NCBI GenBank assembly: GCA_036526375.1
Contig: DATCYP010000095.1
Coordinates: 2,133 to 66,132, forward strand
Direction of reading: 5' to 3'
Source of the DNA: Gaiellaceae bacterium
GTDB lineage: Bacteria > Actinomycetota > Thermoleophilia > Gaiellales > Gaiellaceae
Length of the DNA: 64,000 nt
The translations under genes were made by a program, and so were the position numbers. Every line of letters starts with the position of its first letter. The first letter of the stretch is position 1. Of this stretch, positions 54,797 to 63,274 are shown in pieces. The notes below the pieces were generated by a model. The model had not been told where the DNA came from. It did no database searches and was given only the letters and a program-made list of their open reading frames with translations.

Positions 54797-55030
54797 ATGG
54801 CCGAGCTCGTCGCCGAGCTCGCGCGCCGGCTCGTCGACGAGCCGGACGCCGTGCGCGTCGACGAGGTCGAGGAGGAGGACGGCACGCTCCTTCTGCGGCT
54901 GCACGTGGCCGAGGCGGACATCGGCAAGGTGATCGGCCGCCAGGGCCGGCTCGCGCGTGCGCTGAGGACGGTCGTTCGCGCCGGCGGGGTCGAGGCCGGG
55001 CGCAGGCTCCAGCTCGAGATCGTCGACTGA
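54797..55030 (+). CDS. KH domain RNA-binding protein (YlqC-like)
   Basis: GKVIGRQGRLARALRTV KH motif. Canonical position after rpsP. Confidence 0.85.
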   Translation: MAELVAELARRLVDEPDAVRVDEVEEEDGTLLLRLHVAEADIGKVIGRQGRLARALRTVVRAGGVEAGRRLQLEIVD

Positions 55031-55031
55031 C

Positions 55032-55667
55032 GTGGCGTCGGTAGCCGCGCTCTACGACGTCCACGGCAACCTCGCCGCGCTCGAGGCGGTGCTCGCCGAG
55101 GTGCCGGACGACGCGACGATCGTCGTCGGCGGCGACATCTGCGCGGGCGGCGATCGGCCCTCGGAGACGCTCGCACGGCTCCGGGAGCTCGGCGACCGGG
55201 TCGCATGGCTGCGCGGGAACTCCGACCGGGAGCTGTATCCCGGCGAGGAAGGTCTCGCGCCGGCGGAGGTCGTCGAGGAGGCTCGCTCGAAGCTGAGCGA
55301 GGACGAGATCGAGTTCCTGCACGCGCTGCCGCCCACGCAGCGCATCGGCGACGTCCTCTACTGCCACGCCTCCCCGCGCAACGACGTCGACATCTTCACC
55401 GAGCGGACGCCCGAGGACCGGCTCGTGCCGCTCTTCGCAGGGCTCGACGTGCCGACGGTCGTGTGCGGGCACACCCACACGCAGTACGAGCGGACGGTCG
55501 GCGGTGTGCGCGTGGTCAACGCGGGGAGCGTCGGCATGCCGTACGAGGACGAGCCGGGCGCCTACTGGCTCCTCGACCTCGTCCACCGGCGGACGCCGTA
55601 CGACGGCGCCGAGCTGAAGGCTTCGCGAGAAGAGGCGGTCTCAGAGTTCACGGAACGTGGGCTCTGA
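55032..55667 (+). CDS. metallophosphoesterase family protein
   Basis: YDVHGN, GGDI, GNSD and CGHTH motifs. Confidence 0.8.
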   Translation: MASVAALYDVHGNLAALEAVLAEVPDDATIVVGGDICAGGDRPSETLARLRELGDRVAWLRGNSDRELYPGEEGLAPAEVVEEARSKLSEDEIEFLHALPPTQRIGDVLYCHASPRNDVDIFTERTPEDRLVPLFAGLDVPTVVCGHTHTQYERTVGGVRVVNAGSVGMPYEDEPGAYWLLDLVHRRTPYDGAELKASREEAVSEFTERGL

Positions 55668-56130
55668 CCTCGTCCGGGTCGGGCTCGTCGGCAAGCCGCA
55701 CGGGCTCGACGGCGGCTTCTTCGTCGAGGGAGCGAGCGAGCGGAAGGACGTCTTCGCCGAGGGCGCGACACTCTATGCAGGCGGCGAGGCGGCGACGGTG
55801 GTGGGCTCGCGGCACGGCTCCGGCGGCCGTCCGGTGATCCGCCTCGACCGGCACGTGGAACGGGGCGCCGAGCTCGCCGTCGCGCGCGCGACGCTGCCCC
55901 CGCTCGACGACGAGGACGAGTTCTACGTCTTCCAGCTCGTCGGGCTCAGCGTCGAGGAGGAGAGCGGGCGGCAGCTCGGGCGGGTGCGGCAGGTACTCGA
56001 GTACCCTGGGAACGACGTACTCGAGCTCGACTCCGGTGCGTCGTTGCCCCTCGTCGAGGCGTGCGTCCAGAAGGTGGATCTAGCCGGCGGGCGAATCGTC
56101 GTCGCCGTGGGGTTCGCAGACCCGGAATAG
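55657..56130 (+). CDS. rimM: ribosome maturation factor RimM
   Basis: VGLVGKPHGLDGGFFV plus a PRC barrel C-terminus. Confidence 0.85.
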   Translation: MGSDLVRVGLVGKPHGLDGGFFVEGASERKDVFAEGATLYAGGEAATVVGSRHGSGGRPVIRLDRHVERGAELAVARATLPPLDDEDEFYVFQLVGLSVEEESGRQLGRVRQVLEYPGNDVLELDSGASLPLVEACVQKVDLAGGRIVVAVGFADPE

Positions 56131-56141
56131 TCCAGCCGCCC

Positions 56142-56783
56142 GTGCGCATCGACGTCTTCACCCTCGTTCCCCACGCCTATGCCTGGCTGACCGAGCAGCG
56201 GCCGGTGGCGAGCGTCCTCGGCATGAATCTCGAGCTGCGGCTCTTCAACTACCGCGACTCGACGCCGCTCCGCGCGGGCCAGGTCGACGACGAGCCGTAC
56301 GGCGGCGGAGCGGGAATGGTGCTGCGCGTGGACGTCGTCGCAGCGGCGCTCGACGCCGTCTACGCGGCGGATCCGCCCGGGCCGGTGATCGCGCTCTCGC
56401 CGAAGGGCCGGCAGCTGACGCAGGCCGTCGTGGAGGAGCTCGCGGAACTGCCTGCGCTGACGCTCCTCTCCTCCCGCTTCGAGGGCTTCGACGAGCGAAT
56501 CGTCGAGCACCTCGCGACGGACGCGATCTCGGTCGGGCCGTACGTCCTCTCGAACGGCGACCTGCCCGCGATGATCGTCCTCGACGCGGTCGCGCGCCGG
56601 CTGCCCGGCGCGCTCGCCGAGGGATCCGGGGAGCTCGAGAGCTTCTCAGCCGAGCTCGGCGGCGGGCTCGAGTACCCGCACTACACGCGGCCGGCCGACT
56701 TCCGGGGCTGGTCCGTGCCGGACGTGTTGCTCTCGGGCGACCATGGGCGGGTCGACGCCTGGCGTCGGGAGCACGTGCGATGA
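56142..56783 (+). CDS. trmD: tRNA (guanine37-N1)-methyltransferase
   Basis: DDEPYGGGAGMV, SRFEGFDERI and LEYPHYTRP motifs. Confidence 0.9.
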   Translation: MRIDVFTLVPHAYAWLTEQRPVASVLGMNLELRLFNYRDSTPLRAGQVDDEPYGGGAGMVLRVDVVAAALDAVYAADPPGPVIALSPKGRQLTQAVVEELAELPALTLLSSRFEGFDERIVEHLATDAISVGPYVLSNGDLPAMIVLDAVARRLPGALAEGSGELESFSAELGGGLEYPHYTRPADFRGWSVPDVLLSGDHGRVDAWRREHVR

Positions 56784-57769
56784 GCGACGACTTCGGCCGC
56801 TACCGCCCCGAGCTGGGCGACGAGGGCGAGAAGGACGAGGGGGACGAGGGGGACGCCGGCCGCGACGCTCCGTTCGGCTGGCCCGAGCACGAGCCGGGCC
56901 GGCGCGGCGAGGCGCCGGGCGGCTGGCTCGACGACGAGCCGGAATCCGGCAGGGCGCCGGGCGGCTGGCTCGACGACGACGCGCAGACCGACAGCGAAAG
57001 CGCGGGAGACTGGCCCACTCGGGGCGACACGTGGCAGCCGGAGTACGGCCGGACCTACCGCGACTACGGGTATGCCGACAGGGACGCGGTGCTCTCGGAC
57101 GAGGCGGGCTACGACGCTCGTCGCAGCCGCGATCCGCTCGCCCGTCTCTTCCCGGGCCTGCCGCGTGGGGTGCGGGTCACCCTCGACTGGATCCTCACGA
57201 TCGCGGGCGCGATCCTGATCGTGCTCGCGCTCAAGCAGTGGGTGGTCAACCCGTATCGCATCCCCTCGTCCTCGATGGAGCCGACGCTGAACTGCGCCAA
57301 GGGCCTGAGCCCGAGCCAGAGCGGCTGTCTCGGCCAGTCGAGCGACCGCGTGCTCGCGTGCCGCATCTGCCTCGACTTCCGCAATCCCTCGCGCGGCGAC
57401 ATCGTCGTCTTCAACACGCCGCGCGCGGCCGCGAACAAGTGCGGTGAGGGCGGCACGTTCGTGAAGCGCGTGATCGGCCTGCCGGGTGACTGGATCAGGG
57501 AAGACAAGGACGGCTTCATCTGGGTCAAGGACCCCGGCGAGAAGAGGTTCGTCAAGCTCAGGGAGCCGTACATCTCCAGGGTCCGACGGCTTGCGGACAG
57601 CAGCCACTTCGGCATGAAGTGGCACGTCAAGAAGGACAGCTACTTCATGATGGGCGACAACCGCGCCCAGTCGTGCGACTCGCGCACGTGGGGCTCGGTG
57701 CCCCGCAACAAGCTGATCGGGATCGTGTTCTTCGTCTACTGGCCGCCGGACAGAATCGGCTTCCGGTAG
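56780..57769 (+). CDS. lepB: signal peptidase I with ~130-aa acidic cytoplasmic N-terminal extension
   Basis: IPSSSMEPTL, GDIVVF, KRVIGLPGD and GDNRAQSCDSR boxes after one TM segment. ATGA overlap with trmD. Confidence 0.9.
   Translation: MSDDFGRYRPELGDEGEKDEGDEGDAGRDAPFGWPEHEPGRRGEAPGGWLDDEPESGRAPGGWLDDDAQTDSESAGDWPTRGDTWQPEYGRTYRDYGYADRDAVLSDEAGYDARRSRDPLARLFPGLPRGVRVTLDWILTIAGAILIVLALKQWVVNPYRIPSSSMEPTLNCAKGLSPSQSGCLGQSSDRVLACRICLDFRNPSRGDIVVFNTPRAAANKCGEGGTFVKRVIGLPGDWIREDKDGFIWVKDPGEKRFVKLREPYISRVRRLADSSHFGMKWHVKKDSYFMMGDNRAQSCDSRTWGSVPRNKLIGIVFFVYWPPDRIGFR
56911..56979 (+). repeat. 42-bp tandem duplication inside lepB (27-nt identical cores at 56911-56937 and 56953-56979)
   Basis: GGCGCCGGGCGGCTGGCTCGACGACGA occurs twice, 42 nt apart, encoding APGGWLDDE / APGGWLDDD. 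Confidence 0.9.
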
Positions 57770-57829
57770 GCGGATCGGGTCGAGGTCGATTCCGCTACCC
57801 TTGGCCGTCGGCCGTCAGGCCCTCTTTTC

Positions 57830-58465
57830 ATGAGCAACGTCATCCAGGACCTCGAGCGCGCCCAGCTGCGCAACGTGCCGCGCTTCAAGGCGGGCGACAC
57901 GGTGCGCGTCCACTTCCAGGTGATCGAGGGCACGCGCCGGCGCGTGCAGGTGTTCGAGGGAATCGTGCTCAAGCGGCAGGGAGCAGGCGCCCGCGAGACC
58001 TTCACCGTGCGGAAGCAGTCGTTCGGCGTCGGCGTCGAGCGGACGTTCCCGCTCCATTCGCCGAAGATCGAGCGGATCGAGGTCGCCGCGATCGGCGACG
58101 TCAACCGCGCGAAGCTCTACTACCTCCGCGGTCGCGTCGGCAAGAAGGCCCGCGTCCGTGAGCGGCGGTACGGAGCCGGCTCCGAGCTCCCCGCGGCGGT
58201 GGAGGCGACGCTCGCCGCGACCGAGGGAGCACCGGAGGCGGCCGAGCCCGAGGACGCTCAGGGTCCCCAGTCCGAGGCGGAGCCCGTCGAGGCCGAGGCC
58301 GAGGAGACGCCGGAGGGCGAGGAGCCGACGGCGGAGGAAGCTCCTGCCGACGAGCCGGCCGAGGACGCGCCGGCGGACGAGGGATCCCAGCCCGAAGCCG
58401 CAGAGCCCGAGGCTGCGGCGGAGCCGGAGCCGGCCGAAGAGGCCGAAGCCGCTCCCGCCGAGTAA
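57830..58465 (+). CDS. rplS: 50S ribosomal protein L19 with ~95-aa acidic C-terminal extension
   Basis: The L19 core (first ~113 aa, [11 protein letters not shown]...ERTFPLHSP) is followed by an E/P/A-rich tail in the same frame with no stop. Confidence 0.9.
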   Translation: MSNVIQDLERAQLRNVPRFKAGDTVRVHFQVIEGTRRRVQVFEGIVLKRQGAGARETFTVRKQSFGVGVERTFPLHSPKIERIEVAAIGDVNRAKLYYLRGRVGKKARVRERRYGAGSELPAAVEATLAATEGAPEAAEPEDAQGPQSEAEPVEAEAEETPEGEEPTAEEAPADEPAEDAPADEGSQPEAAEPEAAAEPEPAEEAEAAPAE

Positions 58466-58517
58466 CTCCTTTCCGGCAACTTTCTGACGTCCACCCTCTG
58501 CAGCCGGAACGCGCGCT

Positions 58518-59180
58518 ATGGTCGCGGTCGTGCAGAAGCGGACCGGCCAGAAGCTCCTGCGCTTCGATCGACGCCTCGGCGCGCGCTTCGTCGCCGGCGC
58601 GGACGAGGCAGGCCGCGGCTCCCTCGCCGGCCCACTCGTCGTTGCGGGTGTCCTGCTCGACTACGCCTCGCTGCGCGACCACCGCGTCCGCCCGCTCGGC
58701 TTCCTCAACGACTCGAAGCAGTGCTCGCCCGAGCGCCGCGAGGATCTCTTCCGCGCCGTCGTCGGCTGCGCCGCGCGCGTCGCCGTGCGCGTGATCCCGC
58801 CCGGGGAGATCGACCGCAACGGTCTTCACCGCTCGAACCTCGCCGGCCTGCGCGCGATGCTCGAGGCGCTGTCGCCGCCGGCGGAGGCGTGCCTCGTGGA
58901 CGGCTTCCGACTCGGCCCGACGGCCCCCGAGCACACGGCCGTGGTCGACGGTGACGAGAAGAGCGCCGCGATCGCTGCGGCGTCGATCATCGCCAAGGTC
59001 ACGCGAGACCGTCTGATGCGCCGCCTCGACGCGCTCTATCCCGCCTACGGGTTCGCGCAGCACGTCGGGTACATCACGCCCGGACACTCCGCAGTCGTCC
59101 GCGAGCGCGGGCCGTCCGCGGTGCACCGCCTGAGCTTCCAGGCGCTCTGCTACGAGAGCGACGTCGAGGCAGTTGCCTAG
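58518..59180 (+). CDS. rnhB: ribonuclease HII
   Basis: GADEAGRGSLAGPLV, DSKQ and IAAASIIAKV motifs. Confidence 0.9.
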   Translation: MVAVVQKRTGQKLLRFDRRLGARFVAGADEAGRGSLAGPLVVAGVLLDYASLRDHRVRPLGFLNDSKQCSPERREDLFRAVVGCAARVAVRVIPPGEIDRNGLHRSNLAGLRAMLEALSPPAEACLVDGFRLGPTAPEHTAVVDGDEKSAAIAAASIIAKVTRDRLMRRLDALYPAYGFAQHVGYITPGHSAVVRERGPSAVHRLSFQALCYESDVEAVA

Positions 59181-59514
59181 GGGTGGCTCGGGCTACGCCG
59201 CCGAGCGACGGGCGGTCCGGTGGTACCGGTTGCGCGGCTGGAAGATCCTCGGCGAGAACGTCTGGGCGGGCGGCAACGAGCTCGACCTGATCGTCCGCCG
59301 CGGCCGCGCGCTTCGGTTCGTGGAGGTCAAGGCGAAGAGCGGATCCCGCTTCGGCGACCCGCTCGAGATGGTGACGGCCGAGAAGCGGCGACGTCTGCGG
59401 CGCGCCGCGGAGGCCTGGCTCGGCGCGCGGCCCGAGTTCGCCGGGCTCGCAGTCGGCTTCGACGTGATCGCGGTGCGCGACGGCCGCGTGCAGCGGGTTC
59501 CGCAGGCGTTCTGA
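59173..59514 (+). CDS. YraN family (UPF0102) endonuclease-like protein
   Basis: GNELDLIV...FVEVKAK PD-(D/E)xK pattern. Conserved position after rnhB. TTG start is tentative. Confidence 0.8.
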   Translation: MPRGGSGYAAERRAVRWYRLRGWKILGENVWAGGNELDLIVRRGRALRFVEVKAKSGSRFGDPLEMVTAEKRRRLRRAAEAWLGARPEFAGLAVGFDVIAVRDGRVQRVPQAF

Positions 59515-59536
59515 GCCCGGCGGCGAAATCCGTCGC

Positions 59537-60655
59537 GTGGCCGTCAGCCAGGACGAGCTGTACGCGACGCTCGACCTCGACCTCTCGTGGTCGGAGGCCG
59601 AGCTGCCCGAGCGCGAGCGGACGAAGCACGTCCACCGTCTCCACCCGTACCACGGGAAGTTCATCCCGCAGCTCGTCGAGATCCTGCTCGACCGCTATCT
59701 GGAGCGCGGCGACCACGTCCTGGATCCGTTCGCCGGCTCCGGGACGACGCTCGTCCAGGCGCTCGAGTCGGGCCTCGACGCGACCGGCCTGGACATCGCG
59801 GCGTTCAATTGCCTCCTGATGCGGGTCAAGACGGCTCCGTACGACCTCGCGGAGCTCGGGGAGGAGCTGCGGGACGTTGCAGCGCGGGTCGAATCGCTTC
59901 CGCAGCGGGGCCCGCGCGCGAGCGGATATCTCCGCGCGTGGTACGCGCCGCGTTCCGCCGCGGAGCTGCTCGGCTTCCGCGCGCTGATCCCGGAGTACCG
60001 GCATCGCGACGTCCTCCGCGTGATCCTGTCGCGTGCGGCGCGGTCGGCGCGGCAGACTGCCCATTTCGACCTCGAGGCGCCGAAGGCGCCGCAACGCGGG
60101 GAGTACTGGTGCCACAAGCACCGCCGCGAGTGCCGGCCGGTCGAGTCGGCGGCAGGATTCCTGCGCCGGTACACGCTCGACACGCTCATGCGCATCGAGG
60201 AGTTCGCGAGCCTGCGCGACCTCGAGCGAGAGGCGACCGTGCTGCATGGGGACGCGCGCGAGGCGGAGCTCGCCGCGCGGTACCACGGGATTCTCACCTC
60301 GCCGCCCTATCCGGGACTGATCGACTACCACGAGCAGCACCGCTACGCGTACGAGCTGCTCGGGCTCGACGACCGGCGCGAGCGCGAGATCGGGGCCGCC
60401 GCATGCGGCACGTCGCTTGCGTCGCTCGAGGCGTACCGCGCCGGCGTTGCCGCGGTGCTCGCACGCGCCTCGACTGCGCTACGCCCCGGCGCGCCGGTGC
60501 TGGTCGTCGTGAACGACCGGCGCGACCTCTACCCGGAGATCCTCGCCCGGGCCAACCTCCAGCTCGAGGCGCGGCTGCGCCGACACGTCAACCGCCGGAC
60601 GGGCCGACGGGCGGGCGAGTACTTCGAAGACGTTCTCGTCGCTCGTCCGGCGTAA
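59537..60655 (+). CDS. DNA methyltransferase, motif I before motif IV (alpha-type order), SPPY catalytic motif
   Basis: HPYHGKFIPQLVE...VLDPFAGSGTT (SAM binding) at aa ~45-71 and ILTSPPYPGLIDY at aa ~250; 372 aa. Confidence 0.75.
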   Translation: MAVSQDELYATLDLDLSWSEAELPERERTKHVHRLHPYHGKFIPQLVEILLDRYLERGDHVLDPFAGSGTTLVQALESGLDATGLDIAAFNCLLMRVKTAPYDLAELGEELRDVAARVESLPQRGPRASGYLRAWYAPRSAAELLGFRALIPEYRHRDVLRVILSRAARSARQTAHFDLEAPKAPQRGEYWCHKHRRECRPVESAAGFLRRYTLDTLMRIEEFASLRDLEREATVLHGDAREAELAARYHGILTSPPYPGLIDYHEQHRYAYELLGLDDRREREIGAAACGTSLASLEAYRAGVAAVLARASTALRPGAPVLVVVNDRRDLYPEILARANLQLEARLRRHVNRRTGRRAGEYFEDVLVARPA

Positions 60656-60666
60656 CGACATCCACG

Positions 60667-60686
60667 CCCCCACCCAAGGGTGGGGG
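60667..60686 (+). terminator. hairpin CCCCCACCC-AA-GGGTGGGGG followed by TT, after the methyltransferase gene
   Basis: Perfect 9-bp GC stem 12 nt after TAA 60655. Confidence 0.5.
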
Positions 60687-60834
60687 TTGCTCCCCTCCGC
60701 CCTCGGCATGGACGCTAGCGGCGCAGGGTTGACGAGCGCGTGCCGGCTGTGTTGCGAGTCCTTGCAGGGCGCGCGCCTTTGTGATTTCACTGATGCGCGA
60801 CGAATCCGGCGCAGCGTTGTGACGACTGCACGCT

Positions 60835-60840
60835 TAGCGT
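60835..60840 (+). promoter_or_regulatory. -10-like TANNNT box (TAGCGT) for comM-like gene
   Basis: Lies 6 nt before GTG 60847. Confidence 0.4.
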
Positions 60841-60846
60841 CGTTGC

Positions 60847-62310
60847 GTGCTTGCACGCGCGGTCACGCATGCGCTCGTCGGGCTCGAGCCGCGCCGGGTC
60901 GACGTCGAGGCACACGTCCGCGACGGCATCCCCGGCTTCGCAATCGTCGGCCTCGCCGACCGCGCCTGCCAGGAGGCTCGCGAACGGGTCAGGAGCGGGA
61001 TCTCCGCCGCCGAGCTGAGCTTCCCGCCCGGCCGCATCACCGTCAACCTCGCCCCGGCCGAGCTGCGCAAGGAGGGATCCGGATTCGACCTGCCGATCGC
61101 GCTCGCCCTGCTCGCTGCGTCCCAGCAGCTGCCGCGGAGCGCCCTCGAGCGCACGGCCGCGGTCGGGGAGCTTGCGCTCGACGGCCGGCTTCGCCGCGTG
61201 GGCGGCGTCCTCGCCGTCGCCGAAGGCGCACGGCGGCTCGGCGTCGAACGTCTCCTCTGTCCCGCCGACTCCGCGCGCGAGGCGGCCCTCGCCGGCGTCG
61301 CCGTGATCCCTGTCCGACACCTCGCCGAGGCGGTCGCGTACCTGCGCAGCGAACTCGAGCTGGAGCCCGAGCAGCCGCTCGCGCCGAACGGCGACGGCGC
61401 GGCCGCTGCGCCCGACCTCGCCGACGTCCGCGGCCAGGAGCGCGCCCGGCGGGCGCTGGAGCTGGCGGCCGCGGGCGGGCACAACGTTCTCCTCGGCGGT
61501 CCGCCCGGGACAGGGAAGACGATGCTTGCGAGGCGGCTGCCGGGGATCCTGCCGCTCCTCGACTCCGACGCCGCGCTCGAGGTGACGCGGATCCACTCGG
61601 TCGCGGGGCTCCTCGACGGCGAGCAGCCGCTCGTCTCGCGCGCGCCCTTCCGTGCGCCCCACCACAGCGCCTCGACCGCGGCGATCGTCGGTGGCGGCCC
61701 GAACCTGCGGCCGGGGGAGGCGAGCCTCGCCCATCGCGGCGTGCTCCTCCTCGACGAGCTCGCCGAGTTCCAGAGGCCGGCGCTCGAGGCGCTGCGCCAG
61801 CCGCTGGAGGACGGCTTCGTCTCGGTCTCCCGCGCGGCGGGTCGCGTCGTGTTCCCGGCGCGGTTCATGTTGGTCGCGACCATGAACCTCTGCCCCTGCG
61901 GCGGCCGCGGCGACCCCGCCGCGCAGTGCAGCTGCTCGGCGCAGCGGCTCGCCCGCTATCGGGACAAGCTCTCTCGGGCGCTGCTCGACCGGTTCGACCT
62001 CGTCCTCGCCATGCCCCGGGTGCGCGGCGAGGAGCTCGCGGCTGCGCCGAGCGAGGACTCCTCCGTCGTCGCCGCTCGCGTCGCCGCGGCGCGCGAACGG
62101 CTCGCGACGAAGCCCCCCTCTCGGACAAGGGAGGCCGACGCGCTGCTGCGTCGCGCCGCCGACCGGCTCCACCTCTCCGGCCGCGGCTATGCGCGCGTCG
62201 GCCGTGTCGCGCGCACGATCGCCGCGCTCTCCGGGTCGGACTCGGTGCGCGCCGCGCACGTGGCGGAGGCGCTCTCCTATCGCTCACCGGACGAGCTCGC
62301 GAGTGTCTGA
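60847..62310 (+). CDS. YifB/ComM family Mg-chelatase-like AAA+ ATPase
   Basis: Lon-like N-terminal domain, GPPGTGKTMLA, LDELAEF and a C-terminal ChlI-like region; 487 aa. Confidence 0.9.
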   Translation: MLARAVTHALVGLEPRRVDVEAHVRDGIPGFAIVGLADRACQEARERVRSGISAAELSFPPGRITVNLAPAELRKEGSGFDLPIALALLAASQQLPRSALERTAAVGELALDGRLRRVGGVLAVAEGARRLGVERLLCPADSAREAALAGVAVIPVRHLAEAVAYLRSELELEPEQPLAPNGDGAAAAPDLADVRGQERARRALELAAAGGHNVLLGGPPGTGKTMLARRLPGILPLLDSDAALEVTRIHSVAGLLDGEQPLVSRAPFRAPHHSASTAAIVGGGPNLRPGEASLAHRGVLLLDELAEFQRPALEALRQPLEDGFVSVSRAAGRVVFPARFMLVATMNLCPCGGRGDPAAQCSCSAQRLARYRDKLSRALLDRFDLVLAMPRVRGEELAAAPSEDSSVVAARVAAARERLATKPPSRTREADALLRRAADRLHLSGRGYARVGRVARTIAALSGSDSVRAAHVAEALSYRSPDELASV

Positions 62311-63262
62311 GCTCGCGCTCGCCGTGTTCGCCTCCGAGACGGGAACCCATCTCGTCAGGCCGCCGCGTGGTGAGCGCTGGCGGGCCTTCGAGCGGCGCTT
62401 CGACAGCCGCGACTATCTCGAGCGGCTCGCTGCGGCAGGGCACCGCTTCCTGCCGCGCTCCTCGCCGGACTTCCCGCCTCTCCTGCAGGCGATCCACGAT
62501 CCACCGGCCGGGCTCTTCCTGCGCGGCGGAGCGGAGCCGGAGATCCTGGCGCGGCCCGCCGTCGCAATCGTGGGAGCGCGCGCCTGCTCGGCCTACGGCG
62601 CCTCGGTGGCCCGCAGCCTGGGCCGGGATCTCGCAGCGGCGGGCCTCGTCGTCGTGAGCGGGCTCGCGCGCGGCATCGACGCCGAGGCGCACCGCGGCGC
62701 CCTCGAGGTGGACGGATCGACCGTCGCCGTGCTCGGCTGCGGCATCGACCGCGACTATCCCGCAGCGCACGCCCAGCTCGCGCGCCGGGTGGCGCAGGCC
62801 GGTCTCATCGTCTCGGAGTACGCGCCCGGAGTCGAGCCCGCGCCGTGGCGGTTCCCGGCGCGCAATCGTCTCGTCGCCGGTCTGTCCGCGGTGACCGTCG
62901 TCGTCGAGGCGCGCGAGCGGAGCGGCGCCCTGATCACGACCGACCTGGCTCTCGAGGAGGGACGGGAGGTGTTCGCGGTCCCGGGGGAGATCACGAGCAC
63001 GCTCTCGGCCGGCACGAACGCGCTCCTCAAGCTGGGCGCCGCGCCGCTGACCGGCGCCGCCGACGTCCTCGCCTCGTTCGGCATCGAGCCGCAGGCGGTG
63101 GAGGGGGAACGGTCACCGCTCCTCGAGCTCCTGCCCGCGAGCGCCGACGAGCTCGTCCGCAAGACCGGGCTGGGCGCCGACGAGGTCGCGCGCGCTCTCG
63201 TCGAGCTGGAGATAGACGGACGAGTCGCCTCACACGAGGGGATCTACCGGAGCCTGCGATAG
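62303..63262 (+). CDS. dprA: DNA-processing protein DprA
   Basis: VSGLARGIDAEAHRGAL and FPARNRLVAGL Rossmann motifs plus a winged-helix tail. Confidence 0.9.
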   Translation: MSELALAVFASETGTHLVRPPRGERWRAFERRFDSRDYLERLAAAGHRFLPRSSPDFPPLLQAIHDPPAGLFLRGGAEPEILARPAVAIVGARACSAYGASVARSLGRDLAAAGLVVVSGLARGIDAEAHRGALEVDGSTVAVLGCGIDRDYPAAHAQLARRVAQAGLIVSEYAPGVEPAPWRFPARNRLVAGLSAVTVVVEARERSGALITTDLALEEGREVFAVPGEITSTLSAGTNALLKLGAAPLTGAADVLASFGIEPQAVEGERSPLLELLPASADELVRKTGLGADEVARALVELEIDGRVASHEGIYRSLR

Positions 63263-63265
63263 CCT
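63260..63265 (+). promoter_or_regulatory. -10-like TANNNT box (TAGCCT) built on the dprA stop codon
   Basis: TAG plus CCT lies 9 nt before ATG 63275. Confidence 0.3.
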
Positions 63266-63274
63266 CGGCCGCGC

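Noticed and set aside
59173-60655. YraN (PD-(D/E)xK fold) plus the adjacent methyltransferase as a restriction-modification pair
   Set aside because: YraN is a conserved housekeeping-type gene found after rnhB and before comM in many bacteria regardless of any methyltransferase, and it is very small. The methyltransferase therefore looks like an orphan insertion.
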